From: Octopus sinensis
Lineage: Eukaryota
Assembly: GCF_006345805.1 (NCBI RefSeq)
Contig: NW_021833280.1
Span: forward strand, 12,035-76,034
Reading direction: 5' to 3'
Length of the DNA: 64,000 nt
Below the pieces are notes generated by a model that searched no databases, had not been told where the DNA came from, and worked only from the letters and a program-made list of their open reading frames with translations. The position numbers and the translations under genes are program-made. Position 1 is the first letter of the stretch. Every line of letters starts with the position of its first letter. This document shows positions 26,676-39,699 of the stretch, in pieces.

Positions 26676-28344
26676 TAATTATAAATGCAATTAATGCTGC
26701 TTAATTACTAGTGTATTATAGCAATAGTTTGCAAGGTTTTTGACAGTTCCAAATATGTTCTGGTGTTATCAGAAGATCAAAGAAGCGATTTACGGACACA
26801 TTCCACCCATCCCAACAGTTATTGCGTTCAACTCAGAATAGGCCTTGCTGTTTCTCTGCCATACTTCTGAATAACAGGTCATATCGTTTTTTTTTATATT
26901 CTGGCGATTCCTTGGAGCCTAACAAAGGACGAAAAGCACTCAACCTATTGGCGATGTATTGGCAGAGACACGCGATATGTAATTGAGGATGTAGCAAAGG
27001 TTAACGGGGTGGGGACAGAGACTGCCGGGAGAGTCGTGTGAGGTGTATGTCTGAAATAAGAGGAGGAGGAGAAGAGGAGGAGGAGAAGAGGAGGAAGGAG
27101 ACGAGTAGGATGAAGAGGCAAAGAAGGAGGAAGAGAATTAAAAAGAAGGAAACGAATGAGGTGGAGGAGAGTAAGGAGGTGGAGGAAAAGGAAGAGTTTA
27201 TGTGTAAGATCTTGGTTGATTGCCAGCACCGCAATAATATAGATAAATGGTAATTAGAGGAACCAAGAACAGGTATGACGTATTTGGTAACGGAGTCGAA
27301 GACAATCGCCAGTGATACTTTTAATCACAGAACCTACTAACATTGATATACTTGCTGGATTTGCTGAAAATGGCAGTGTAAAGGAAGGATACAGTAATTC
27401 TATATATAACATGTCTGAAATATAAACTGCGATATTTATCGCTGGAGGTATCAAGAATGTCAGATTAAGATAAACCCTGGGCTGAACCCTAACAACAATC
27501 GGTTGACATTTGTGGGAGCGATATACATGAATATATATTATTGACGAGACGTTGCGTAAGCAAATCCCAAGGACCAGTATTCGGTGTTGTAGTTCATTAA
27601 ATACAATAATATTATCTTATGTTACTAGAAGGTCACAGATTTTAAGTGAAGTTGGGTGGGTTGCGGAATCGGTGAGAAATATAGCCAATCCGTGAAGTGG
27701 TTCTAATAAATCAACCCGTGCTAGATAAAAAAGAAATTATACCTCAATAGGATTCGAACTCACAACAATTATTAAATACCACAGAACATTTCTCTGATGT
27801 CTACAAATTTCTCCATTGACTAGAAAAATAATAAATAATGCATTGCACCGCCTCCCCTCCCAGCGAAATTCTTTTGATTCCAGGAGGAGTGTTGCTGACA
27901 TTCAATCGGACTCTAATATTTTACTGGTACATTATTTATCAGCCCTGGTAGGATGAAAAGCAACGTTGGTATCGATAGTATTTGAACTCGGAACATAAAC
28001 GAGTAAGTTTCATATTGCCATGTATCTTGTCCAAAAACTGGATTGAAAAAAGGCAAAATAATAACAACACAAGACCCCAAAATTGAAGAAGAGTTACAAA
28101 TGTCGGACTACAAACCCCAATATTTCACAGGTAATTTTTTTCCGTCTTGACTCCTCACAACACTACCAGAAGAAGGAACAGCAATATTGATCCCCATTCA
28201 GTAGGATTCGAACTTACAATATATAAATTTATATTTGAACATTACATGTCCTTTTGTCCACTGCTCTACCATTTCAGCAAATCGAAACCATTGTTTCCAA
28301 GAGTATTGGTTTCAAATTTTGGCAAAAGTCTTGCAAATTGGTGG

Positions 28345-28520
28345 GTAGTGTAGGTCAATAAATCGACCCCAGGACAAAACTGGTACCTATTTTATCGAAC
28401 CCGAAAAGAGGAACTGTAAAGTCGACCTCAACGGAATTTGAACTCGGAACGTGAAAACGAAGGAAATGTCGCTTTGCACTTTTGCTCGGCGTGATAACGA
28501 CTCTATCAGCTCACTGGCCT
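28345..28520 (+). mobile_element. Old SINE-B-related copy (similar relics at ~27925-28010, 30735-30860, 31495-31715, 34192-34322, 48465-48680, 54690-54770, 57445-57565; both orientations)
   Basis: Diverged matches to the ATCGACCCC...GGTAC.TATTTTATCGA.CCCGAAA.GATG...GGAATTTGAACTC core. Confidence 0.65.
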
Positions 28521-28606
28521 AGTGTTACCAAACATATTAATAGGCTTCGCTATTAATTCATAAACAGCCATTCACACACAGACACAGACACACACACACA
28601 CACACA

Positions 28607-28698
<92 letters not shown>

Positions 28699-29135
28699 TA
28701 TACACACACACACACACACATATACAAAACCTCAAACTATACCACTTATTTCATCCGCCGTGATGAAACACTGTTATATAGATATACACTCGCGCATATA
28801 TACATATATGTGTATATATGTATGAATGGATGTTGGCGGACAGGTCTATATGTATATATGCCAATCCGTATATATGCAAGTATGTATGTATGTATGTATG
28901 TATGTATGTATGTATGTATGTATGTATGTATGTATGTATGTATGTATGTATGTATGTATGCAAGTATGTATGTATGTATTTATGTATGTAGAAATATATG
29001 TTTGTATAGAGGGATGTTTGAACGAATGAGTGCGTTCGTGTATATTTGGAAATAGATATACAGAGATGTATAAAAAGATAAAAGGACAGACAGAGGTTGA
29101 TATACAGATAGATTGACAGAGCGAGAGAGATAGAT

Positions 29136-29184
<49 letters not shown>

Positions 29185-31849
29185 AATTGTTGGAAATACC
29201 AGTCGTCACGGGATTATATCAAATGTTAGCCATATTGAAAGTGCGCAAGATATATTTCCAGAAAACATACCGAAACGTGGTATGTAGTATGTTCAGCAAT
29301 TTAACCTTGAAATCTTGGCTGATGTCTTGGAACTGATTCCAGACAATTCTACAGATCTGACGGCTTGCTAACATCTGCCTGCGGCCTGTTTCTAAATATT
29401 TTACAGGATCATATCATCTTTATGGAGCGATTAAATAGCTTGAAACTCAGGTGATTACTACACCTTGCACATGTAATCCGAACCGAAGCAGATGTTGTTC
29501 AAGAAATTGTTTATCCCAGATAGATTTCGGATAAACACATGACTCTCTTCCATTAGCTCTTGTCTCCAAACCCTACCTGTGCCAATGCGCTCAATAAAGT
29601 CAATTGATTTGCGTGAAGGAGCTCCTACGTGGCTTCGCGGTCTGCTAGAATCAGCAGCTAAATTTTCTCATATCTCACTTTAGTGAATCCGACGCAGGTT
29701 TATTTGTCCGTAAATTCCATTAATCAGTGTCCATTCTGTGAAAAATATTCACATCAGTCGAAGAATGGTTTGAAAATAATTTCCGTTCTCCTCATATTCT
29801 TAGCGCACGGTCAAGGAAAGGTCACGAGTCCTGTCCTCCACTAATGGTTAAGTGATGACGCATGGTTTGTGTCAAAAAGATGTGCCAGTATTTCAAAGGG
29901 CCAGCTTTGTCACATTCTGTGTTGCGCTGAATCACCCTGAGAGCGACATTAAGAGTACACAAGTGGCTGTGGAATCCTCAGCCACTTAGCATTTATTTCA
30001 CGAGCAGGTTGTATCGTCAATCGGATCAATTGGAACGCTCATCGTCGCAACCGACCGACGAAGAGCCAATTATTAAGTAAGGTAAAAATAAGAAGGGTTT
30101 GGATGTTGCTACCTTCGAAGCTACGCAGAACCATTTCGGTTAGATTTATTAGGAAGAGATTAAATGATAATATTCTGATTTCATCCAAGTGATCGACACC
30201 ACAAAGAGGACAAATTCAAACGTGAAGAAAATTAACAAAATGTCGCCGGAAAGTAATAGCCCCTTGTGTATCTCCGGTTGACTCTTCTCTCATCTGTTAA
30301 CATTCGATACACCTGAGTGATTTATGTCGATGCTCTGCCCATGTTAAGTAGAAAATTTAGTAAGATATTAGGTGGATCTCACTTCAATATCGAGAATGTT
30401 ACACTGGATGTTTTATAGTATCGAATCAACATTTTAATGTCCATTGGTTTACTTTCGTTCCTTAAGAGCTCACTTTTGTAGGAAAATAAAATCACTTTTT
30501 GAAAATGTAGGCCACTTCATTCGCACAAAGTACTTTCACTTACGCAGGTCCCCAGAAACGAAGAGGAGCCTTATTTCAACAATACTAGTTTAGTTTATAA
30601 ACTAAATATTTTTAAGTATTGGCTATCATTAACCCGAAACCACGTGGTTGCGGAGGAACGTTCTTCATTACACAACTGCGTCTATATTAGACTAAATTTC
30701 ATGTAGAATATTGGTTTCAAATTTTGGCAGCAAGAGGGTAAATCAATTAATGGTACTTATTTTATTGACCCCGAAAGGATGAAATGTAAAGCGGAATTTG
30801 AACTCGGAACGTAAAATTGGACGAAATATCGCTGGGCATTTTGCCCGGCGTGCTAAGAATTACAATTTTGCCTGCTTGTTGCCTTCATTTCATATAAAAA
30901 TCTTATTAAATAGTACAAATTGACAAACTGCAGCAATATAAATTCTAATGGATTAATGTCTTTCATTTTTTACTCGTTGGTTTGTGTGTGTGTGTGGAGG
31001 GGGTATTTTGCCATGATTTTGAAAAAAATTGTTTTAAAATTCCATTACCAAAATTGTAGTCAACCGTGTCCTTTTCTGTCTTGGAGTACACAATCAATTG
31101 TAATATTTTTATTCTTGACAATGTTTCCACTTCCGATTGAATTTTATTTATTTATTTATTCATAGTTTTTTTAATGATCTAGATGTACTAAATATATAAA
31201 AAAAATTATTGTAGAGTAACGAAAAATCGGTTTACGGTTAAAGCTTAAGATTAGAGATTAGGATTTCAAGTAACGCTATCAGAATAGGATTTAGGGTTTG
31301 AGAAATGAGTTGGAGAGGAATTTCAAAGGAACAAAATTGAATTTGCCAATTTTTCTCTCTTTACGAGGAATTCTAAACCATCAAAGTTTAAACAGAAATC
31401 CTAAGAAAATACATTTCTGAATAAATTAAAGATTAACACGATAGGGAGGAGGTGTTAATTACACATCTCTTATAAATATATTATGTATATTACAAAGGCG
31501 GCGAGCTGGCTCGATCATTACACCGCCGGAGAAAATGCTTAGCAGCATTTTATACGTCTTTACGATCTGAGTTCAAAAGCCACCGAGGTCAACTTTACTT
31601 TTCTTCTCTTCGGCGTTGATAAAATAAAGCACCAGTTCTTAAGTGGGGTCGATGAAATCGACTAGCCCCTCAACTAAAAAATCCAGGCCTTATGTCTTTA
31701 GTAGAGAGGATATTACATGTCATTATATATTTCATTTACATGAGACAAAGATTAAAAAGATATTGGCTTGATTGTCGTTGCTAGACGGCATCGTAGTATC
31801 CACTTTAAGCCAGGCTGATTGAAAGACATCGATGATTTGAAAAGTATAT

Positions 31850-31896
<47 letters not shown>

Positions 31897-32016
31897 CGGT
31901 TTAAGTAATTGAGATTCAAGTGAATTCTAATGAATTCACATGAATGTGGTCCTTAACTAGGATGCACCGGAAATCTATATGGTGTTAACCATACGACGAG
32001 TGGTGTGATTACATAA

Positions 32017-32325
32017 CTTCACATAACTTGATTAATAATTCACTATGAACTATATGGACATGCACATATTCTGTAAGTTCAAGACTTTTCATCGGATCTC
32101 CAGGAATCGAACTTCTCTGTGATTCTTGTAAATTTCAATAACAATCTGTTCCTCTACACGATATGACAGTCACTTTGCTTCTTACTCGGATTCTCAGAAA
32201 TTTCGCATGACTGTATCCAAAATTTCTTCACATAACTTGATTAACAATTCACTATGAGCTATATATGGACATGAACAAATTCTGTAAGTTCAAGACCTTT
32301 CATCGGATCTCCAGGAATCGAACTT
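32017..32325. repeat. ~100-bp direct repeat with ~210-bp period
   Basis: 32017-32114 versus 32226-32325: CTTCACATAACTTGATTAA...CATCGGATCTCCAGGAATCGAACTT. Confidence 0.85.
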
Positions 32326-32516
32326 TCTTCAATGCAGTTAAACTTACACCCTCATTTGTATCTACCCCTTTTGGTGTTTGGGAATCCCTGATGTTTTTTC
32401 GGCTAACGAGTACGAGCCATCTATATTTACTGCATTTTTTGTAGCTTATTAAAGATGTCCTCGTACGAAACAATTGTACCGAGATTTTAATCCATTCTTG
32501 TTGCTTTTTTCCCTAT

Positions 32517-32581
<65 letters not shown>

Positions 32582-33046
32582 AAGGTTAGTCGAACGCGCT
32601 CAAACACTGCCAGAACTAAAAGAAAAGGAACTAGAGAAATCTATTTGATCGATCAGATAGCAATAGCAGTCAAAGCTCCTCCTTCAAATCACATCTTGCT
32701 ATTTTCAATAACGTCAGTATTTTTCTAGGGTACTATGAATATCCTCTTCTTTCCTCCCTTCCTTCTTTCTTTCTTCCTTTCTTTCTTTCTTTCTTTCCAT
32801 TTTTAACTCCTTATGCCTGTGATCAAATCATGAAATGTACCACGTGGTATTCTCGAGCGGACAGGTAATGCAAGGGAGATAATCCTTTCTCATACTATTT
32901 GCCAAGATTAGAAGTTTAAATTTGAAATGAAGAAAAAAAAAAGGGTCCAAAGACAACACAGATTAATTTTGTCGTTGTTGTTGCTTCTGAGTCTGTTAAT
33001 TCTTGGATGCCCAGCGGCAGGATCTGTCGCTTACAGATTTTATGTG

Positions 33047-33111
<65 letters not shown>

Positions 33112-33754
33112 GATGTATTTAACTAGAAATTAATCTAACCCATTATATGGTTTGTCAGTTAATATCAACAATTTCCCAAATTCTATTCTTAATGAATTTT
33201 AATTAATTATAATTCCGGATTTATCTTCCTTGCCTTTCTTGTCCAGAATTGTTAATTAAAGCTAATTATTCGTTCCCCTGACCACGACTACAATTATAAT
33301 GAAACTGACTTCACAAAATATGTCAGGCACCAACTTTACCATTTGGTGTCTCGGAGTCTAAAATTCATCAATCACAGAATGATGCTTAAGTTGACAATTA
33401 TCACCCACAGACAGATCCTGTTTATAAAAGACACCAACCCTAACCATTCCATAAAGATGGCGCCAACAGTCTGCTGTTTTGGTGGTCATAGAATTTGACA
33501 AGATTACAAATGGATTTAGCAGCAAAGTAAATTAAAGAACTGCCACAGTGACTTGCCTCGTAGGGTGTCTTGGCTTTTTTCTATTTAAGAAATAATTAAA
33601 TTTATTCCATCATTTCACCCTCACCAAAGTTTGAATTCTTTAATTACAATTTAGAGAGAGAAAATTTGCATTAACAATGACTTCATATATACGGTATACA
33701 TGTACACACACACACACCAACACAACATATATATAATATATAATATATATATAC

Positions 33755-33814
<60 letters not shown>

Positions 33815-34342
33815 ATAAATAAAACATGCATATATACATACATATATGTACGTACCTACCTCTACATGTATATATACATGCATATATGGGTATACATTAG
33901 TTAGTGTATGTATCTTTTAAAATTATTACAGGGAAGCGGTTGTCATACTTATAAATACATCACAATTAACGATCCATATGATTGGGCTATATTAGAGTCA
34001 GAAGCGAGCAACCCCAAAATTGGCGAATTAATAGCAAAGAGAAAATTAATAAAACGGGAAGCACGTGACCCGGGATAAATTACATTTTTCACAGGATTTA
34101 TATTCATATCAATATTGGTTTGTATTATATGTATGTAATAGCAGGATAATACACTAATATATGCTAATCATATGGATCATTAATTAAGGGGGTTAACTGG
34201 TAGACTCATTAGAACGACGGACGTGATAACCTTGCATTATTGGTTTCGGCTCTTTACGTTCGGGGTTCAATTCCCGCTGAGTTAAAGTTCGCCCTTCATT
34301 CTTCCGGGTCGATAAAATAATGTTGCTCTCCTTGGCAATTAC

Positions 34343-34745
34343 TTACTGTTTTACTTGTTTCAGTCATTTGACTGCGGCCATGCTGGAGCACCGCCTTTAA
34401 TCGAGCAAATCGACCCCAGGACTTATTCTTTTGTAAGCCTAGTACTTATTCTATCGGTCTCTTTTGCCGAACCGCTAAGTAACGGGGACATAAACACACC
34501 AGCATCGGTTGTCAAGCAATGCTAGGGGGACAAACACAGACACACAAACACACACACGCATATACATATATATACATATATACGACGGGCTTCTTTCAGT
34601 TTCCGTTTACCAAATCCACTCACAAGGCATTGGTCGGCCCGGGGCTATAGCAGAAGACACTTACCCAAGGTGCCACGCAGTGGGACTGAACCCGGAACCA
34701 TGCGGTTGGTTAGCAAGCTACTTACCACACAGCCACTCCTGCGCC
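34343..34745 (-). mobile_element. SINE-A, full length
   Basis: Reverse complement of 22230-22650. Confidence 0.9.
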
Positions 34746-35179
34746 TATACTTGGAGAAGTTATTAAAATATTGGACAAATGCTTTGTGAAATTTGTTCCT
34801 AATCGCAATGTTCTCATTTCAAATCCTGCTGAGGACAGATTATGAACAAAACAAAAAGGTAAGTCCAACACACTCGGCACTTCTAAGGTTGTTTATAAAA
34901 CAGGTTCTCACATTCCAAAGTCTTTTATTTAGCGTAAAAATAGACGGCATTTGTTGTCAGGGATCGCTTAAATTAATGGCCCAGACCGGTCAGCCTGAAT
35001 TTGAGAAGTACAGGTTTCGATTAGCTGCAGCGGCTTGAAGGCCACTTTGTTTTCCGTCTTCTAAGGGTAGTTACACAATCATCTAAGCTGTTTTCACAAC
35101 TATTATGTGCTCGAGACCTAATTTTCTGTTAAATATATACATTTATTTATAAGTATACACATACACACACACTCCACTG

Positions 35180-35278
<99 letters not shown>

Positions 35279-35359
35279 GTCTATCTGTCTGTCTGTCTGT
35301 CTGTCTGTCTGTCAGTCTGTCTGTCTGTCTCTCTGTCTGTATGTATGTATGTGTGTATG

Positions 35360-35790
35360 TATGATCGTTGGCGATGTTTTTCCCTTCCGTCTTCCTTTTC
35401 TCTTGGACATTCCTCTGTCTCTTGTTTCTGAAGAAGCGCTTTGCTCGAAACGTAAATCTTTCTGTTAATACTTTGCATGTACCACGTCCGCATGTTGTTG
35501 TTTTTTTCTTCGTTGTTTTGTTTTTTTGGTGGGGGGATTATATATATATATATATATATACAGATCGCCATGTTGATTCGCTAGCTTCTGCACGCATTTT
35601 TTTTCTCTCCTTGTTTCTCTCCTTGTTTCTCTCCTTGTTTCTTTTCTGTGTATCTTTCTGTTGAAGAGCGTAGGCTCGAAACGTAAAAGACTTGTTTTAT
35701 TTATATTCCTGAGCGCCATACTAATACAATTGTTTGTTTGTATTCCACCTGCCTTCGTCTTTTGTTTATTTTCATAAAGCTTCCCGTTAT
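35360..35790 (+). mobile_element. Tandem of two related hammerhead-bearing units separated by (TA)n
   Basis: Motifs at 35424-35458 (core CUGAAGA) and 35653-35690 (core CUGUUGA), 230 nt apart on the same strand. Confidence 0.7.
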
Positions 35791-36213
35791 ATATATATAT
35801 ATAATATATATATATATATTATATATATATATTATAATATATATATACGTATTGGTCACACTATCTGAAATTCCAACGATTGTAGATCATCCTAGTCTTT
35901 ATAAGGGCAGATTTACAGAGAAATGAAGTAGTAATGTGGACCGGTTTGAACTGATGTCCTCATGAACAATTTATTTTCTTACTTCAACCATGTTGGTCAT
36001 CAGTTCTTCTGCGTGCGTGTGTGCGTGTGTGCGTATGTGTGTGCGTGTGTATGTGTGTGTGCGTGTGTATCTGTGTATGCATATATATATATATATAATA
36101 TATATATATGTCAATAATAACAAAGGGTAAAATTAATTAATTAAGTAATAATCAATAATTTCACCAAGTAGAATTCGGCATGGAAAAGGACCATTTCACG
36201 GTAAACTTAAGTA

Positions 36214-36389
36214 ATACTTTATAATTAGTGTTCAGCAAAGATTTGCTTTACCACATACCGAAGTTTAGAAATAGCATCCAAAAAACCCAATTTTTAAAGT
36301 AGAGGAAATAGCTAAGGTTTTTTGGCTACTATTTCTAAACTACGATATGTGGCAAAGCAAACCTTTGCTGAACCCTAATTATAAAGTAT
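36214..36389. repeat. Imperfect palindrome, ~72-bp arms and ~28-nt spacer (MITE-like)
   Basis: ATACTTTATAATTAG.GTTCAGCAAAG...AAAAACC versus GGTTTTTTGG...CTTTGCTGAACCCTAATTATAAAGTAT. Confidence 0.85.
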
Positions 36390-36399
36390 ATATATATAT

Positions 36400-36605
36400 A
36401 TCTATAAAGTTAATCCAAACAAGAAAGCACAAAAAACACAACCACGCGAGAACGTGGAACAAATATAGTATTATTGGAGGCTCAGGAAAGAAGGAAAGAA
36501 GGAGGGTTTAACGTTTCGAGCGGAGTTCTTCGTCGGAAACATAGGAGAAGGAAAGATCCAGAGAAGGGAAGACAGAGGAAAAAAAATCGCCAACGGTACA
36601 CACGC
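36400..36605 (-). mobile_element. Hammerhead-bearing unit, inverted relative of 35360-35540
   Basis: GUUU-CCGACGA-A-GAAC(UCC)GCUC-GAAAC-GUU-AAAC at 36506-36540; shared CGTTGGCGAT, TAATACT and CCACGT blocks. Confidence 0.65.
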
Positions 36606-36649
36606 GGTAGAACCCCTTCGGTCACAAATGACCATGGGATTGCACCTAG

Positions 36650-36931
36650 AAAGTAACCCTCCGAGGCAAGGTTGTTTATGGAAGACCAGCAGTAGCCCAT
36701 GCATACCGGCCTCCCCTCTCCACGCCACCGATGTTATCCAAGGGAAAGGCAAAGGGGCCGATACAGCTTGGTACCTGTGACGTCGCAACTCATTTCTACA
36801 GCTGAGTGAACTGGAGCAGCGTGAAATAAAGTGTCTTGCTCAAGAATACACCACGCAGCCCGGTCCGGGATTCGAACTCACAACCTCACGATCGTAATAT
36901 TGACGCTCTAACCACTGAGCCATGTGCCTCC
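36650..36931 (-). mobile_element. tRNA-derived SINE, family D
   Basis: Head GGCACATGGCTCAGTGGTTAGAGCG...GGTTGTGAGTTCGAATCCC (A and B boxes), followed by a CTTGAGCAAGACACT central block; not a foldable tRNA. Confidence 0.8.
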
Positions 36932-37021
36932 ATATGTATGTGTGTGTGTGTGTGTGTATATAAATATGTGTGTGTGTGTGTGTGTGTGTGTGTTTGTGTG
37001 CGTGTGTGTGTATTTATATAT

Positions 37022-37089
37022 AAATCAAAATAAGCAACAATGATATCCAGAGGTATACCTCTGGATATCCTTGTTGCATATTTTGATTT
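37022..37089. repeat. 68-bp loopless palindrome
   Basis: Axis GGTA|TACC at 37055/37056; 2 mismatches. Confidence 0.9.
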
Positions 37090-37181
37090 TAATCCCCTTA
37101 CTTTGAAATTCTATGGATAATACCGTTCTAAATTCTGGTGCTTCTACTTAAGTAACATATTCATCTGAAACTATCTATCTT

Positions 37182-37334
<153 letters not shown>

Positions 37335-37553
37335 ATCTGACAGACAGACGCAAGTCAAATGGGCTCCACGTAAGTTAGTATTTTTGTACGTTCAAAAGTG
37401 TATATTGACAAATATTTTGTGCTTAAAAGTTTGCAACAACATCCACTGTAAACCTTTGATAAATATCGACACAAAATTTTGCCCCTTGTGGAAAATTTAA
37501 AAGAAAAAATTCTCATAGCCTTCGTGGTTTCATTTAGCCATTTTATTTCCAAA

Positions 37554-39649
37554 ATGGCCACTGGTCACCACGAGGCTGAGGTGCAAGTCAAGCGTGACGC
37601 AGAGGCAGAAAAACAGGATGCTCTGTTAGCATACGCTGAACCTGACAACTCCACCACCATCAACATCGACAACAGCAACAAATACAAAACAAAGGTCGCA
37701 AGGCCAAGCACCGTCAACACCATCAGTAAGTCCACCACCAACCACCGACAACAACACCATGGCAGAATCTGCTACTAAAACTACTATCCCTACTAAAGAC
37801 ATCGCCACCAATAACAATACCAACACACCATCACCGCCACCAAAGACCGTGCCGTCAATGCTACTAATACTACTAACACCACCGCCGTCACCAAGAACGA
37901 CAATAACAACAACAACAACAACACAACAACAACGACGACGACAACAACAATTCCCTTCAACCACTGCTCACTCCATCACCAACAAGTGAAAATAACGACG
38001 ACAAGCAAACGAAATGCCGAAATTTGCGCTAATGCAGGACTAAATTACGCAGGCAATTTCCACCCCTTGCTAGTTGCATAATCAGCAACCACAAACCTAC
38101 AACCCACACCCCTGCCATCAACACCAACACCACCGGCAGTAACAACAATAACAAAACAACAACAACTTCGCCGAGGCGATAAAAGAAAAGGTAACAAAAG
38201 TTTCGTTTACTACACAAAGATTAAAGATTGCAGAAACCTTATTACAAATCAAAACGGAAAAATACTCTTACACATACCTCAGCACATACTGAATGAGGAG
38301 AAAAAAAGACAATTGTATATAAAATCACAAATAAAAAAACTAAAAGTCCAGAAAAGGCAAGCACAGACAAAGTCGAAAAGTGCTTGTATCTGGGGATACA
38401 AGGATTGTGTGACTTGGGCGAACAAGTTCGCACACGTACAGGTGGTTTTTCAGAATGAAGAGTTGGCGAAGAAATTCTCAACGATAACCCTTCATTCTGA
38501 TGAACTAACGTTGACACCGAGTTACCTCGGCCAGAAGGTGACGAAAGTCATTATCAGTGGTGTCCCCCAAGTGACTACAACACTGTGGATAACATCCGCC
38601 TTAACATCCGAAATGGAGGACTTAAACATCCTAGATATCGGTGTTTCGGAAAACAAGGACTGGCTGGGAAAGAGAATAGAGTTCCTCTTCCACATAAGTC
38701 AAGAGGACATAAATAAAATCCCCACCCACGTACATCTTGAGGATGGCCGCAAGTTATACGTAGTAGTCGAGGGCAGAAGGCCACGATGCTATACATGTGG
38801 CAGTGAGGCACACCTCAAAAAGGAGTGCAAATCTGCCGCAAAATTACAACAACAACAAGCCACAGGAAAAATCACAAAAGCCAGGATTATTGCCCACACC
38901 ACAATATGGACAGCTAGTCAAGAAGCTGTATGCGGAAATGCAGGAAAAACAACAAAGAACAAGCCAACCCAACCAAACAACACCAACACCAGCGCCAAGA
39001 ACAGAATCATCACCACCAACAACAAATAAACCAATTCCAACACCAAGAATAACAACGAAGAAGACAAGCACCAAGGATGTAGGAGAGACAATAACCACAA
39101 CAAACCCCCCAGCAACACCCTCCCCGCGCACCACAACAATATCTACAACCGCACAAACACACCCAGACGCTTTACCCTTGCCCCCTGCTGATTCGTCAGA
39201 CTTTTCATCTAACGATGAAAGTTCGACAGAATGGCAAATAGCCACAGGGGTAAAAGAAAAAGATCAAGAAAAACCAAACAAGAAATCGCAACCAAAGCAG
39301 GGAGATACCTGAACCCTGAAAACTCCATACACAACAAAACAAGCACCAACACCCACAAAAACAATGCTATCAGCGATAGACACAAAAGACTCCAAACTAA
39401 TGGAGTACATCACAGGATACACAAACATTTGTGAAGATGACTTTAAAAATAGCAATCATCCACGCACTACACCACCCAAACACATCAAAATACTACACAT
39501 CACACAAAACACAACACCACAAACTCAAAGCCCTCTTCCCAAATGCTGTGGGGGGTTTCCAGAAATATCTGTCCCAAAAACTATATAGAAACCTCCTCGA
39601 AGACACATCAAAGAACGAGGAAGCCAAAACTTTCGACACAAGTAAGTAA
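37554..39649 (+). pseudogene. Tx1 ORF1 (gag-like), frameshifted
   Basis: ATG at 37554; Thr/Asn-rich ends; core ...VVEGRRPRCYTCGSEAHLKKEC (CX2CX4HX4C, 38787-38828). Confidence 0.7.
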
Positions 39650-39699
39650 CTCTCTGTACTTTCATTTGTGTGTTTTAAAGCACACACCCCAATAGAATC

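Noticed and set aside
27320-27400. Possible small exon (CACAG acceptor, GTAATT donor, peptide EPTNIDILAGFAENGSVKEGY)
   Set aside because: No recognisable homology and no partner exons; splice-like signals are common by chance.
32040-32320. CCGAUGA...GAAU...GUC in the 210-bp-period repeat as a retrozyme
   Set aside because: No GAAA, and no stem I or II pairing.
36840-36931. tRNA gene-like A/B boxes (also near 27740, 28190 and 50360)
   Set aside because: No complete cloverleaf or acceptor stem; the boxes continue into SINE bodies or are degenerate SINE heads.
38797-39312. 171-aa Thr/Pro-rich ORF as an independent gene
   Set aside because: It lies between the ORF1 knuckle and ORF2; best explained as the frameshifted ORF1 C-terminus of the Tx1 element.
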